From Proteromonas lacertae (taxonomy: Eukaryota), in NCBI GenBank assembly GCA_002245135.1, contig NGBS01000034.1:1-64000 (forward strand): a stretch of DNA of 64,000 nt, written 5' to 3'. The notes beneath the pieces are model-generated. The model made no database searches and was not told the DNA's origin. It was given only the letters and a program-made list of their open reading frames with translations. The position numbers were made by a program, and so were the translations under genes. Below are positions 12,958 to 25,030 of the stretch, one piece after another (the stretch's first letter is position 1; each line of letters opens with the position of its first letter).

Positions 12958-14280
12958 TAATTACCTACTATCAAAATATTACATACTAAATTTAAAAATA
13001 AGTAGAAGATTAGAAGAAAATATTTATCTAAAAAATATCTCAGATATAAATGCTTGAGATTTTTATATATTTTTAAAAGTAATGATTTGTTTTTTTAAAC
13101 TAGTCAGTAAATCCACAAGTATTGTGAAAAATACTAATTTATTGAATTATCTCATAAGTAACAGGGTTGTATAAATAGGTAACCTATAGGTTATAGGTAA
13201 AACCTATAATCTAGCTTTGACAGACGGTCGGTCAAACCTCGAGCATTATTTTGTTAAAATCTATTTTAATTACATACTGAGTAACATTTGTTTAATACAA
13301 ACTATATAAAAGATTATTCTTGTTTCCTGTTTTACTTTAGTTTCCATAGTTAGAATAAGATTAGTTGAAATTGTATAAATATCTATTCTAATATATTAAA
13401 ATTCATCTACAAACTACTCAATAGTGATATTTAACATATTTATAAACAACTTGTTATTTTGATGATTAATTTATATTGATTACTATCTCTAAAAAACAAA
13501 TATTAATGTAATTATAATAATAAATCTCTATTTCTGGATATTAATGATTTGTCTTCAATAAATCTCTTACTTTCTCAGTTTCTGACAATAAATAATCATT
13601 ATAAAACTCTCTTAGAGGTATAATATATCCTAATTTTAAGAAAAACCTTCTAAATTCTGGTGAGTCTAATATTGTGGTACTGACTGCATTGAAGGTTATG
13701 AATTTAAACAGATCTTGGTTGAGAGAATCTGAATTGACTTTGGCTTTTACCATATGTAATAATCTGAATATTTTATTTTAATCACGTATTCCAAAACATT
13801 TTGAAGTAGTTAAAATGCTACTTCTCTAACATACAGCAATTGAATAAATGCACAACTCTTTTGATGCGATAGGGGGTAATGTGATATCCCTATAGTTTCA
13901 TATATTATAAAGTCTTATAAATATTGAGTAATTATACATTTAAATGATCTAAATCTTAAAAAATAAAGATTTATTAAGTCAAACCATCAAGCTTGATGTT
14001 TTTTTTCTTTTATTTTTTTTATTCTAAAATATATTTAATATTATGTTAATTATATGTAATTGTGAGTCATCATTGAGAAATAGATCAAAATAATAGTAAT
14101 ATAAAAAGAGCATCGACCGACAGTCAAATATGATATTTGAAAGATGATGTATAAAACATTAATTTTGTATATATGGTTAGATTATATGCTTCTTAACTCA
14201 TGTTCAATAGGAGGTCAACTAATAGTTAGTATAAGGAAGGTAAAGGTCAAGCTAAAGATATAGGTTTTGACCTATAGGTA
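12958..14280. repeat. Right arm of the ~1.3 kb inverted repeat (partner 1-1316)
   Basis: Direct reverse-complement comparison. Confidence 0.95.
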
Positions 14281-14290
14281 AACCTATACA
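13162..14290 (-). mobile_element. Non-autonomous hAT-like transposon remnant (copy 2) with transposase fragment at 13541-13753
   Basis: Starts CAGGGTTGTATAAATAGGTAACCTATAGG; a degenerate related end lies near 14260-14290; LFKFITFNAVSTTILDSPEFRRFFLKLGYIIPLR resembles the post-BED region of hAT transposases. Confidence 0.6.
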
Positions 14291-14420
14291 TAAATGAGTA
14301 TTTATGAAAGATGATGTATAAAGCTTTAGTTTAAATAATATTAAATAACTAGTAATAACAATGTCTATTACATTTAAATAACTCATAAAATGAATAATTA
14401 TAATTTTACTGTTACATACA

Positions 14421-15329
14421 CTACATTTGTTTCATAGGTTTAATGAACAAACTTTTTTCACATATCATATATATGTATTTCATATTAATTTTATTAACAC
14501 CATGAACGGCAAGATATATCGAGTAATCCTTACATTCCATAAATAATTTTCTTCTTTTATAATATTTATTTATTTTTATAATTGTAATATTATAATTGTG
14601 TATATACAGTCCCATTTGAATATCTTCTCTATAAATTAAATTATTGCTTGATTTATTAAATGTCTTAATAAATGATTTCCATTCATTAAAGTTTGGGAAA
14701 ATGTAAAAATTTCCTGCAACAAATTCAGGTAATGATTTGTATGGGTATATATTGTTAGGAATATAATTTGAATTACTATTATTTCTATTTGTTGGCATTG
14801 CTGGATAATAATAGCCAAATATCACTCTATCATTTATTTGATGTAAGATTATATATAGTGTAATTAATTGTATATTAGGATATACATCAGAATCAACCCT
14901 AATTATATAATCAAAACTATTAGATATATTCTTTGTCCAATAATATATCAATAATGTAGATATTGTTAAATTAAAGTAGCTGTCCATAAAGGAAAATTTA
15001 ATATAATCTTTATTTTCATTGATACTATTAGTATTTCTATATCCTGAATAGAATACTACTTTGTATAATAATTTATTGGCAATTTTACCCCATGTATGCC
15101 TTATCATTTCTCTTCTCTGAAAATTATAAGCACATATAGGGATTATTATTATTATTTTTGTAAATTCGCCTATAATTACATTTTCAATAATTTTGAATTT
15201 TGAAGGCTGATATACTTGAAGGCTATAGGAATGATTATTTGAATATGTTTCACAGTTATTATTAACATCTGCTATGTAATATGTGCTTATAATATATGTA
15301 AGAATAATTATAGCTGCAATGAAAAACAA
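14421..15329 (-). CDS. GT31 beta-1,3-galactosyltransferase-like protein
   Basis: TM segment; RREMIRHTWG, DSYFNLT, RVDSDVY, PEFVAGNFY, EDIQMG, AVHG. Confidence 0.9.
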   Translation of the reverse strand: MFFIAAIIILTYIISTYYIADVNNNCETYSNNHSYSLQVYQPSKFKIIENVIIGEFTKIIIIIPICAYNFQRREMIRHTWGKIANKLLYKVVFYSGYRNTNSINENKDYIKFSFMDSYFNLTISTLLIYYWTKNISNSFDYIIRVDSDVYPNIQLITLYIILHQINDRVIFGYYYPAMPTNRNNSNSNYIPNNIYPYKSLPEFVAGNFYIFPNFNEWKSFIKTFNKSSNNLIYREDIQMGLYIHNYNITIIKINKYYKRRKLFMECKDYSIYLAVHGVNKINMKYIYMICEKSLFIKPMKQM

Positions 15330-15560
15330 TTTAATTATGATTTATACAGAGTTTCGCAACTTACTTATACAATATTTCAATAAAAATATCAAGCACAATT
15401 TGTACAAAACTAAACAGTGCAATGATACTCGATTTAGGATCAATTTTCAATAGAGAAATGATGCGCATGAAAAGTTAAATGTTCTACAGAAGATGGCAAT
15501 ATAAAGTTACCAGCAAGCCTCAATAATAAGAAATACACCCAAGAGCCTTGTAATTCCATT

Positions 15561-15860
15561 TGTTGTGCGCCGTTTGTCATAGTTGGCCATTTATCTAACA
15601 GACACTTTAAAAATAAACTAAATGTATATTCTTACTTGTCTTGACGGAAAATTGTTACTTTTACACTTACTTTGTTATATGACCTACCTAAATATTCAAA
15701 CTGTTTATATTAACAAAAAAGTATACTGTAGAGGTAGGTCATATAACAAAGTAAGTATAAAAGTAACACTTTTTCATCAAGACAAGTAAGAATATACATT
15801 TAGTTTGTTTTTAAAGTGTCTGTTAGATAAATGGCCAACTATGACAAACGGCGCACAACA
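15561..15860. mobile_element. Internally deleted 300 bp copy of the foldback MITE
   Basis: Intact TGTTGTGCGCCGTTTG...CAAACGGCGCACAACA termini; central part missing. Confidence 0.9.
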
Positions 15861-17495
15861 TAGTATTATAGGAGCAATAATCTTTTCAAAAGGACGAGCT
15901 ACATCATTTGTTTCAATTCCAAAATCTGTATATTTAATTTCTCTTGTTTTATCATTGATTGCTTTAAAATTTGATTCTCATCATAAAAACCTTCTGGAAT
16001 GGTAACTATAATACTTATTGTAAGAGAAGTTGGTAATGGCCAAAGTTTATCATAGTCACCTATAATCTTGATCAAATGAAGGTAAGGCTAAGGACTTATT
16101 GTATCTATTCCCTACTCCGAATGTCCCTGTAGTCATTACCATATCAGAATTTAAATAATATAAATGGTGATTAGAAAGAATACATAATTGGTAAACACAA
16201 AGAATACAGAATTGTAGGCGAAAAGAAAATACATTATTTGATATGAATAGAATTCACTATTTGTAATGTTAAGGCAGAGAAAAAAGAAAAAAGAAAAAAT
16301 AATTTCAAGCCTCACTCAAGTCTGCTTATTAATTTCTTTTTTAAATAAGTTGTTATTAAAATTATTGTAATTTATTCATATCAAATAATGTATTTTAGTC
16401 TATAGTAGTCACTGATACATTAAAAAATATATCACAGATGTAGGTCATATGACAAACTAACTATATATTTGTTAATAACTCAACGGCGCAACCGGCTCAA
16501 CGGCGCAATTCAAGCTACAGAATCGAGCCTATCGAGATCCTTGTATAGTTAAAAATCTACAAATAAATGATAAAAATAGTTCGATGTGCAATTTGTGAAT
16601 GCATTTTTAGTTGGAAGAAAACTAGCAATAGTAAAATCAACAAGGATTTACACAATGAAATGATTATGAAGGATTTAAATAATACCATAATTTTAATTTT
16701 AGGCAATGATGATTTAGTTAAGTTTAGAACAGTTGAAGAATTTGGTGAGCAAGAGTTAGGAAACACTATTGTCATTCGTGTCAATGACAAAGATCAACCA
16801 GAAGATGATGATTTACAATCTGATGATGAGATGGTTAGGAGGTTGTGTTTAATACTTGTGAAGTTAATACCAACATTATTACTTTAAAAACAATTGATTT
16901 TAAAGGTTCCAAATTTGTAATAACAAATGGAGTACTCCTATAAAAGTTGAGCAAAGAAATAATCAAATTGAAGAAAAAGGAGAATTGAGCTAAATTCGCC
17001 GTTGAGCGTTAAGAAGACTTTTTTCAATTCTAATATTATAAACGTAACCTCTGGCCCTTCAATATTACTAATCAACACTTTGTTTTCCAAAACACTTTTA
17101 TTTTTATATTATTTTAAAAGCTTATAACAATAGTAGACATCGGGATAAGGGTACTAAATAGAAAAATAATACATTATTATTGCATTTACCTGCTTAATAT
17201 TTATTTTGAAAAAACCTGCTTGAATGAGGCTTGAATAGATTTTTTATTTTTTCGTTTTTAAGTGTCTTAACATCTAAATATGTGTGATTTAATTGTTATT
17301 CAGAGTTTACCTCGAGGTGATGATTCTAATTACGCTCTTGACTATCCTTGCTACGCTGGTGACCTTGTAAGGGCTTTTAATTGAATCGTGGAAACCAACT
17401 GGGGAACCGGGAGTTTACAATTGTTAACAAGTTACCAATTGGTAAATCCAGGAGGCTTTGACTAATTCCGAATTTCCTCGCAATCTAAAGACCTC

Positions 17496-17792
17496 ATGTT
17501 TATTTGTTGCTATTGTCGTAGAAGACGCCCGAGAGAAATTAAACGAGACTGCAAGCACTTCTATAAGATCTGTAGTCAATGCCGTGAAGAACGCAATTAG
17601 TATCAACAACTATACAGGATGAGACGTGTGAATCTATATAAGAATAAGTTACCTTTGAATGGAGTCTTATGCTATAGGTGCTTCAAGATCCACCCAAGGA
17701 AGGAGTTTCTGAAACGGGATGGAGGATATTACAAGAGCTGTGAAGAGTGCCGTAGGTATCGTCAAAGGAAGAATCATCAACACCATAAGTAA
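17496..17792 (+). pseudogene. Tandem C4 zinc-finger protein with one in-frame TAG
   Basis: Manual translation: MFICCYC...FYKICSQCR..*..LCYRC...YYKSCEECR; absent from the ORF track. Confidence 0.55.
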
Positions 17793-18192
17793 CTTACCTT
17801 CTCTGAGTGTGCATCTGAACTACCTTTGAAGTCAATGAAGGTAAAGGAGGAGATAATAACTACCCTTAGATGTCGTAAGGTATCTGAAACAGATCATATC
17901 GTGGGTGTATCAAGGCCAATTGTAGTATTAAAGGACCGTGGAGTTCAATGTTACTTGCTTAACGATCTTCCCTTCTAATTAATTGACTTTGTTGGGGTGT
18001 TCTATAAGCACTAACATCAACACTACGAATATGCTCTAGAATGAACTTCAAAGGAACTTATAACCAAAGTGATTTGAAGCTGATGTCTAGAAGAAGAAGA
18101 GCTTTGCCTGGAAGGATAAACACGAGTGCTATTCCATGTCAGTGAAGTCGTAAGCTGGAGCAGTCAAGAGAAAGCACCTCACAGTTGTGTAA

Positions 18193-18447
18193 GTATCATT
18201 CTTACCTTCAATTGCCACTGACTAGATGAAAACAACCTACTCGCAGATGCCTTATGAAGAGATCTCCAAGGAGGAGTATTACCGACTCCTACAACAAGTA
18301 TCAGAACCTGACTTTATCAGAAGCTCCTCAAGGGATTACAAGATCGATCTAAGTCCCGAGGAAGTTCAAGGAAATGAACTAGATGGAGACTACAATCAAC
18401 CATTCCTGATTGAAGTAAGCTATTGCGATGGTGATCATTGCCTTTAA
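18193..18447 (+). pseudogene. nrdJ: C-terminal remnant of class II (B12-dependent) ribonucleotide reductase
   Basis: In-frame VSFLPSIATD*MKTTYSQMPYEEISKEEY...YCDGDHCL: the SFLP...YxQxPYEEI motif plus the terminal CxxxxC tail. Confidence 0.7.
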
Positions 18448-18624
18448 GTAAATTACCTAAGCGATCTTAAAGGTTTTATGTAGGGATGGACAATAATCAA
18501 AGTAGATATCATCGGATAGGAGATGATAAGGGACATGATAATAAGCATCTCCGATAGATCCTAGACGATGATTGCAGTAGCCCGTAAACAACTCAAGGTT
18601 ATCAACGATAAGTGATTAAGGAAC

Positions 18625-19652
18625 TTAGAAGTATCTGGATAAGGTCGGTATTTGTTGGGCCTGTTGCTGATAGACTGCTCCGAATGATGGAACGTAAGCA
18701 GCATAAGGATTGTTCATTGATGCTGGAGGAGTAGGAAATGATGATTTTGTAGATCTCTTACCTTTACCAGTCTTATTAGTTTTCAAAGCAGCCTGCATGG
18801 GAACTTGTAAGGGAACTTGTAAAGGAATTGATGAGGAAGTACTTGCTGGTGTTGCTAGTCCAGAGGTTGTTGGATTGCCAGACAAGGAACTTACTATCGG
18901 TGAATTGAAGTAAGTGTATGAGGGTGTAGAACTGGATGATTGATTCTCTTGCTTTACCTTAAAGCTATCGGTGGTTACTTGAATATCATCTTTGGGAATA
19001 GATGTTGGGGTTGGTAATGAAGCAGGAACTGATGTAGCTGTCACTGATGGATCAGATACAGAAGCTGGTTTAAGATCTTATGAATGTAAGCGTCCTGACT
19101 CTTAACTTCATCGTTGAGGAGGTTGCTAGAGTGCTTTATAGCTTCCAAGATCTTCTCCATGATCTCTGATGATAGACGTACTTCCTCTGGAGTGAGCTTA
19201 TCAGCTTTTGCTTTAGTCTCTTGAAGTAGTTGATAGTAGGAACGAAGATGTTTTCGTAAGGCAGAGCATATAGCCATGTAGTCAATGATCTTGTCCTTGC
19301 TGCGGATGGACTTCAAGGTCTTGGTTAAGTTCTTGATAGTGACATCTTTGGATGACTGTGCCGAGGAAGTTGTCTTGCCTCTGAGGAGCTTCTTCTTAAG
19401 TGTAGTGCTAGCAACAGTAGGAGATGCCTTGAGTGCTAAGTACTTATTAAGCTTTCGCTTCTTGGAGTCATTGGAATTGGTGGATGACTTCATAGCCTTA
19501 CTACGCTTAGCAATTGAACGTGAATTCTTTACCTTTACGGGAGTGATGATAAGTACCTTGGACTTCTTATGAGTAGAAGTAGCCATAGGCTCACACTGTT
19601 GTAATTCAAGGCTAGAGGTAGTACGGGTAGATAATGCTTGTTGAGTATTCAT
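18625..19652 (-). CDS. Hypothetical Lys-rich and Ser/Thr/Pro-rich protein(s); two ORFs overlapping by 4 nt, possibly one frameshifted gene
   Basis: ORFs 19041-19652 and 18625-19044. Confidence 0.5.
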
Positions 19653-20023
19653 AAGGCAAAGTCTCTCTAGGAGGATCAGAAAAAGTTGAATACAGAGATG
19701 CCTGCTATGTTAAGTCTATCACAAGAACAACGCCTGGTAAAAGTTAATCAAAGAGTATTTATCGATAGGAGAAGTTACTTAAGGTATAGAGTTCATAGCA
19801 ACCCAAAGAGCTATCAGCATCATCATTAGAAGGATGGTAATCAAGATACTTCGGATCAATCTTCAACAACTACTATGCTCAATAGCTGGGTGATCTTCAA
19901 GGAACATCTGGACGTTCAATATAAGGTGAACTCCCGCCGGAAGAAGTTCTGAAGTGTTAACAATTCCGAAGTGAGTTATGAATCGACATTCCCAGCATTG
20001 ATCAATTTCCTTGCCTTTCAATC

Positions 20024-20946
20024 ATGGTCATCTCAACTACTACTAGATCGATTGCTCCTTACCGTCCTCCTTTACTTATCGGTGAATCTACTCCCGAGAA
20101 TGATCAACCTCAAATAGCCTCCATCAAAGCAATGCCTTATGAACACACTCACATGGAGTATAGCAACAGCCCGCAATTCGTAAATGCCTTACCAGGACTC
20201 ACCAGTCAAGAGAATCGATCTTCCTATAAAACAGCCTTCAATCAACTCTTAGGCATTGCTCATCCTTACTACTACAGCCAGGGGATCTCCATCGCTATCC
20301 TCAAGACAATCATCATCCTTGACTTTGATGATACCTTATTCCCAACCTCCTATATGATGAAGAACTATGGGGAAGACTTCGATCAGAGATGTTCCCTTAA
20401 CAACCTCGGGTTGAAGATCATATCATCATGCAGCAACTGGACTATACCATCGGTCAGCTCCTTATGCATTGTATGAGCCTATCTTCAAATCTACCGATAA
20501 TGATCCTTACCAATGCTACTCGAGATCATGTCTATAACATCACTGAGAGATTTTACCCAGCCTATGTATATCAACTACAGCTCAATGAATATAGCTTCTT
20601 CGTCCTCTCGGCAAAGGAACGATATGGACAATTGAGTTACAATAACAAGATGTGGAAGGTGGAAGCACTGCAATGGATCATGAACTACTACTTCGATGGC
20701 CTGAGAACAAACTCCTGGGAAGATGACTTTGCCGTCAATGTTCTATCAGTCTATGACCAGGTGGATGATAAAGATCCCTTGGATGCACTTCATCTATCAG
20801 TTCCAATCCTTAAGAAGGCGATTCAATTAGAAGTTGGCCAGGCTGCTGATGGTGAGAAGCTCATTGGTACCATAGAGAATTTGAACCTCAACCTTACTTC
20901 CTTCTGTAGAGATCTCCGATTCTTCCACGTCCACTTAAAGAAGTAA
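20024..20946 (+). pseudogene. HAD-superfamily phosphatase-like protein, frameshifted near 20420
   Basis: IIILDFDDTLFPT (motif I), ILTNA (II), WK (III), SVYDQVDD (IV). Confidence 0.7.
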
Positions 20947-21130
20947 TTAATTAGTCTTTGTTTATTGTTTGTTGTCTAGGGGGATTGCTTAAATAACACT
21001 AAGCGTCCCCGTAAGTGATCTCCTCAAGACAACAAGGCAATGAACAATTGAAAAGACACTTCAAAGAAACCTTCAAGGACAACACTGAGATAGAATAGAA
21101 CAAGAGATTATCAGGTTTAAGTACTGCTAG

Positions 21131-22078
21131 TTAGTCCTCACCAGAGGATTCAACATCCGTAGATTCAGTAAGGTCAAGATCATCCATCTTAGGACTAATG
21201 ATACAGAACTGATCGAACTGGTTCTTCATTACTGAGAAGATATTCAATAAGTACTTAACCTTTAAGGTTGGCTGGAGGAAGTCCATGTACTGCTTCATCT
21301 TCTTACTAGCAGTAAGCTGTTCGATGTCATAGCCAAGAAGATACTTCAAGGTTCTGAATGCACAGGTGCAGTTGTAAAGCTCCATGAGATGGCCTAGGGG
21401 GATGTATCTATAGTCTTCTTCCTTGCGATTGTTGTATCTGATAAGCTTACAGCCTTTCTTCATCCTGGTCATGATATGTCTTGGACCTTTAAGTAAAGTC
21501 GTAGGAAGCAGATTGAGCTTCATAAGGTGGCGATGGAACTTGGCAGAAAGGTTCTTAAAGTATACACAGTCATCATCAGGAGTAGGATCGGTATACCTGC
21601 TCATCACTCCGAGATTCCTTATCTGTTGCTTCATGGAGATAAGGTACATCTTGATGAACTCATCGGGAAGATCCTGGTTGTCTTCCTTCTGGTTAAAGAT
21701 CACGTACTTAGCGTCTTCATTCAAGGTGATCTCCTCCGACACGTAATTGTAAAGGGCATCCAGGAACTCATTCAAACAACATCGTTTATAATCAAGATAA
21801 GTAATCACGGACACTAGCTTTATCGGTGTATTGTCAGCTTTGAAGTCTCTTACCAGGTCCATGATCTCTGCATTGAAAGGAACATCATCATCGTCTTCAT
21901 CCTTGGAGTTAGTGATTGTAAGTAAAGATTTAGGAGGTTTAGGAGGGAGAGGAGGAGGAACATCATCATCATCGGCAGCAGCAATCATCTCAGCCTTCAA
22001 CTTCTTATAGCTCCGGCTTAAGCTTAATTCTGAACACCTTAGTGTCTTCCTCATCGCTAGAAGATTCCTCTGAGGCAT
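21131..22078 (-). CDS. Hypothetical protein with PPPLPPKPP and acidic tracts
   Basis: 315 aa uninterrupted ORF inside the TIR element. Confidence 0.6.
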   Translation of the reverse strand: MPQRNLLAMRKTLRCSELSLSRSYKKLKAEMIAAADDDDVPPPLPPKPPKSLLTITNSKDEDDDDVPFNAEIMDLVRDFKADNTPIKLVSVITYLDYKRCCLNEFLDALYNYVSEEITLNEDAKYVIFNQKEDNQDLPDEFIKMYLISMKQQIRNLGVMSRYTDPTPDDDCVYFKNLSAKFHRHLMKLNLLPTTLLKGPRHIMTRMKKGCKLIRYNNRKEEDYRYIPLGHLMELYNCTCAFRTLKYLLGYDIEQLTASKKMKQYMDFLQPTLKVKYLLNIFSVMKNQFDQFCIISPKMDDLDLTESTDVESSGED

Positions 22079-22547
22079 TGATAGGTCTGGTTCTCTTCAT
22101 AGTATTCACAGATCAGAAAAGACTCAATGGAGATCTTAACAATTGTAAAGTCCAGGAGTTAACAATTGGTAACAAGTTAACAATTGTAAACTCCCGGTTC
22201 CACGATTGGTTTCCACGGTTCAATTAAAAGCCCTTACAAGGTCACCAGCGTAGCAAGGAGAGTCAAGAGTGTGATTAGAATCATCACTTCGTGGTAACCA
22301 TCACTTCGTGGTAACAATGTTATTTCTATTAAAAGAATAAAATACATTCCGAAGAAGTCATGTGGACTTGGAAACAAACTATTAGGATTAATTAGCTCTC
22401 TTGCATATGGTATATCTTATTATTATTCATTAATAAATACATCAATCGATTTCTCTATTTATGCTGGGCTCATATATGCCCTTAGTTTGACTTTCTGATC
22501 ATAATCGAAATCTAATTTTCTTAAAAAAATTCAAAAAACAATGATAG

Positions 22548-22599
22548 ATAGGATGGTCACTATATGGTGTGATATGACAACATATAGTGACCATCCTAT
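22548..22599. other. Hairpin with perfect 19 bp stem and 14 nt loop
   Basis: ATAGGATGGTCACTATATG (22548-22566) pairs with CATATAGTGACCATCCTAT (22581-22599). Confidence 0.85.
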
Positions 22600-22818
22600 G
22601 TAATAAAAAACAAAACAAAAAAATGGAGTTCAAGTCAAATCTCGAAATGCATCTATTTTTCTATTATTGAAATTTCTTATAAGACTTGTTATAATGCTAA
22701 TTAATTATGTAAATTATGAAAACAACACTCCCACAGAAACACAATCAATCATTTGAACCAATTAGGACCAGAGATTAATAATCATTTTGGTACTCTGGCT
22801 GCTCCTCATCATCATCTA

Positions 22819-23624
22819 CTATATATTGTGAGAAGTTATCATCATCATCATCATCATCTTCCTCTGTAGCACTATCTTCTTGTTTTTGGTTTTTGGTTGA
22901 AATGTTTTTTGATATAATTTCTTTCTTTTGAATCTTGGAGTTTTAGATGTACTGCACTTTCTTTTTGTGGATACCACCTTTAACAACTTGTTGTTGTCAT
23001 CATCATCATTATAATCATCATCATCATCCAGATTATCAAACAACGATGCTATAGAGACTTTACTACTTACCATACTTTCAGCAGTACTTCTGTAAACTAT
23101 ATCTCCTTTCGAATTCTTGTTTTCTTCTTTTTCGCATTTTGCTAAATCGTTGTCACCGAAATGTATGATATACATACAAGTCAGTTCCACCATGTCCTCC
23201 ATTGCATGGTCAAGCATACGATCATACTATTGATTCAAAATTGAAATATATATTAATTGGATATACGATGCTTTTGTCCAGATCCTTTTTATACATGATA
23301 TTACATAGCAGGACAGACATCAACACTCTGGACATTTTTAATCTTTCATGTCGATCATCAATCTTTTCAATTTCTGTGAATCTTTTGTACCATGTAGTGA
23401 AACGCCTTATACTGAAGTTACCATTCCAGCTATAGACATAATAATAATATATTATACCTATATCGTTGCAAATCTTTCTCATGTTCTACAATCATCTTAA
23501 AATTCTCACATAAAATTTTATAGACGCTCGGATTTGGATCATTAATGAAACTATTTTTATATAGTATCTTCCAGTTGCTCATAATAAGTGAATTGAAAGG
23601 GAAATAACGTTGAACAATGAACAA
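22819..23624 (-). pseudogene. Fragmented hypothetical gene
   Basis: Three consecutive same-strand ORFs: 23430-23624, 23222-23482, 22819-23217. Confidence 0.4.
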
Positions 23625-23728
23625 ATGTTATATGTATATATTTTTTAAAATGTTGTTATAAAGACATATAACTCTATTAATTTAGATAATAATCATAATG
23701 AAATGAATTTCATTATTACTTTTGTTTT

Positions 23729-25030
23729 TTGTTTTTGGACCATATGTTTAGCACTAATAGTTACGATCCACATTTATACAGCTCATATAGCAACCAAAAC
23801 CCATATCCTGTCAAACCGTTACCTACAAATGGTAACTTATCACTTGCAACATATATTAACCATGGAGCACCGAATATTACACATCCAACAAGAGAGGCTT
23901 CGTATGAAGACCAAATGTCAAACCAAATTGCCCAATATCGATCACGCTTAGATGAACTATATAAAAAATATTATTACCTTAATGAAAATGAATTTGTCAA
24001 AATGACACAACATTTGTCTAGTATGAATGATATAGCTCCACCACCAGATGTAGTACGTGAATACTTAAGGAGACAACCTGGAAAACAAATTGTTGATTTC
24101 AAATATAAAAAAAATAATCCATTCGCAACTATCAAGAAGCCTGGGTACTTCCAAATGGATATTGTGTTTTTCTTACCTGATATGGAACATTTGTATTTTA
24201 TCGAAATGAATTCAAGAAAAGTATGGGCAATATTTATGCCTAATAAATATGGTGATATTACATTGGATGCATTTCAGAAGTGGTATTATGAAACAGATGC
24301 CTATGGAAACAAAACACATAAAAATGTGGTAAGTATCCTATCAGAAGCTGATGCTAGTTTTTCAAATATCAAAAAGTTATGTGATGCTGAAGGAATATCA
24401 TATTTTCAAAAAGATGGTTCAGAGCATAAAATAGAGTCATTATTGGATAGATCAGTGAGTGTGATAAAAAGATTGTTGTACAAACACTTGGTGGATCTGG
24501 GATATGATGCACCTACATATATGGCAGATATTGATCACAATGATAAGCATATTATACCAGATATGAATTATAAATTAAAACTCGATAGTATAATACAGGA
24601 AGTGATAGATGATTATAATAACAAGCCATTACCAGGAATTAAAGGATATACACCAAATGAAGTATTCCATAGTCCAGAATTACAAAAACAAATATTACAA
24701 AAATCAATTAACTACAACTTAAAGAATTATGAAAAATTAGATCATACTGGTCAAAATATCGAAGTAGGTGATTTGGTGAGATTCAAAGAGAGAAGACGTA
24801 AAATGGATAAGAACATATACTGGTCAGACAATGTATATAAGATAATCAAGAAAAATCGATATTCATACAATTTAGGTGATATCAATGGGAATGACATTCA
24901 AGGTTTTTAATTAATTCGATTCAAACACTATGAGTTGCAGTTAGTGAGAAAAGATGATGCACCAACCACATGGTTTAGAAAAATACTGGAGAGACCCAAG
25001 AGAAAGAAGGGAGACAAATCAATATTGTAA
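23729..25030 (+). pseudogene. Polinton-type retroviral-like (rve) integrase with in-frame TAA at 24908-24910
   Basis: FQMDIVF, SRKVWA, LLDRSVSVIK, YNNKP..TPNEV, IEVGDLVR, WSDNVYKI; the frame resumes after the TAA with FKHYELQLV and ends at 25030. Confidence 0.8.

Larger units (their letters stand above)
17306..22316. mobile_element. ~5 kb GC-richer element with ~145 bp TIRs and no recognisable transposase
   Basis: 17306-17452 and 22150-22298 are imperfect inverted repeats; base composition shifts sharply at both ends; the terminal 17-mer CATCACTTCGTGGTAAC is duplicated at the right end. Confidence 0.85.

Noticed and set aside
15556..15865. Target-site duplications around MITE copies
   Set aside because: Flanks do not match here (CCATT/TAGTA) or at 47990 (ACGCT/AAAGT); only the 52249 copy shows a 4 of 5 match (ACTTT/ACATT), which is too weak
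15400..16140. Possible decayed glycosyltransferase on the minus strand interrupted by the MITE
   Set aside because: Only a short FILPSSVE-like motif; too degraded to call
18710..21817. Antisense ORFs 18710-18913, 19285-19572, 21423-21746 and 21527-21817
   Set aside because: Shadows of longer ORFs on the opposite strand
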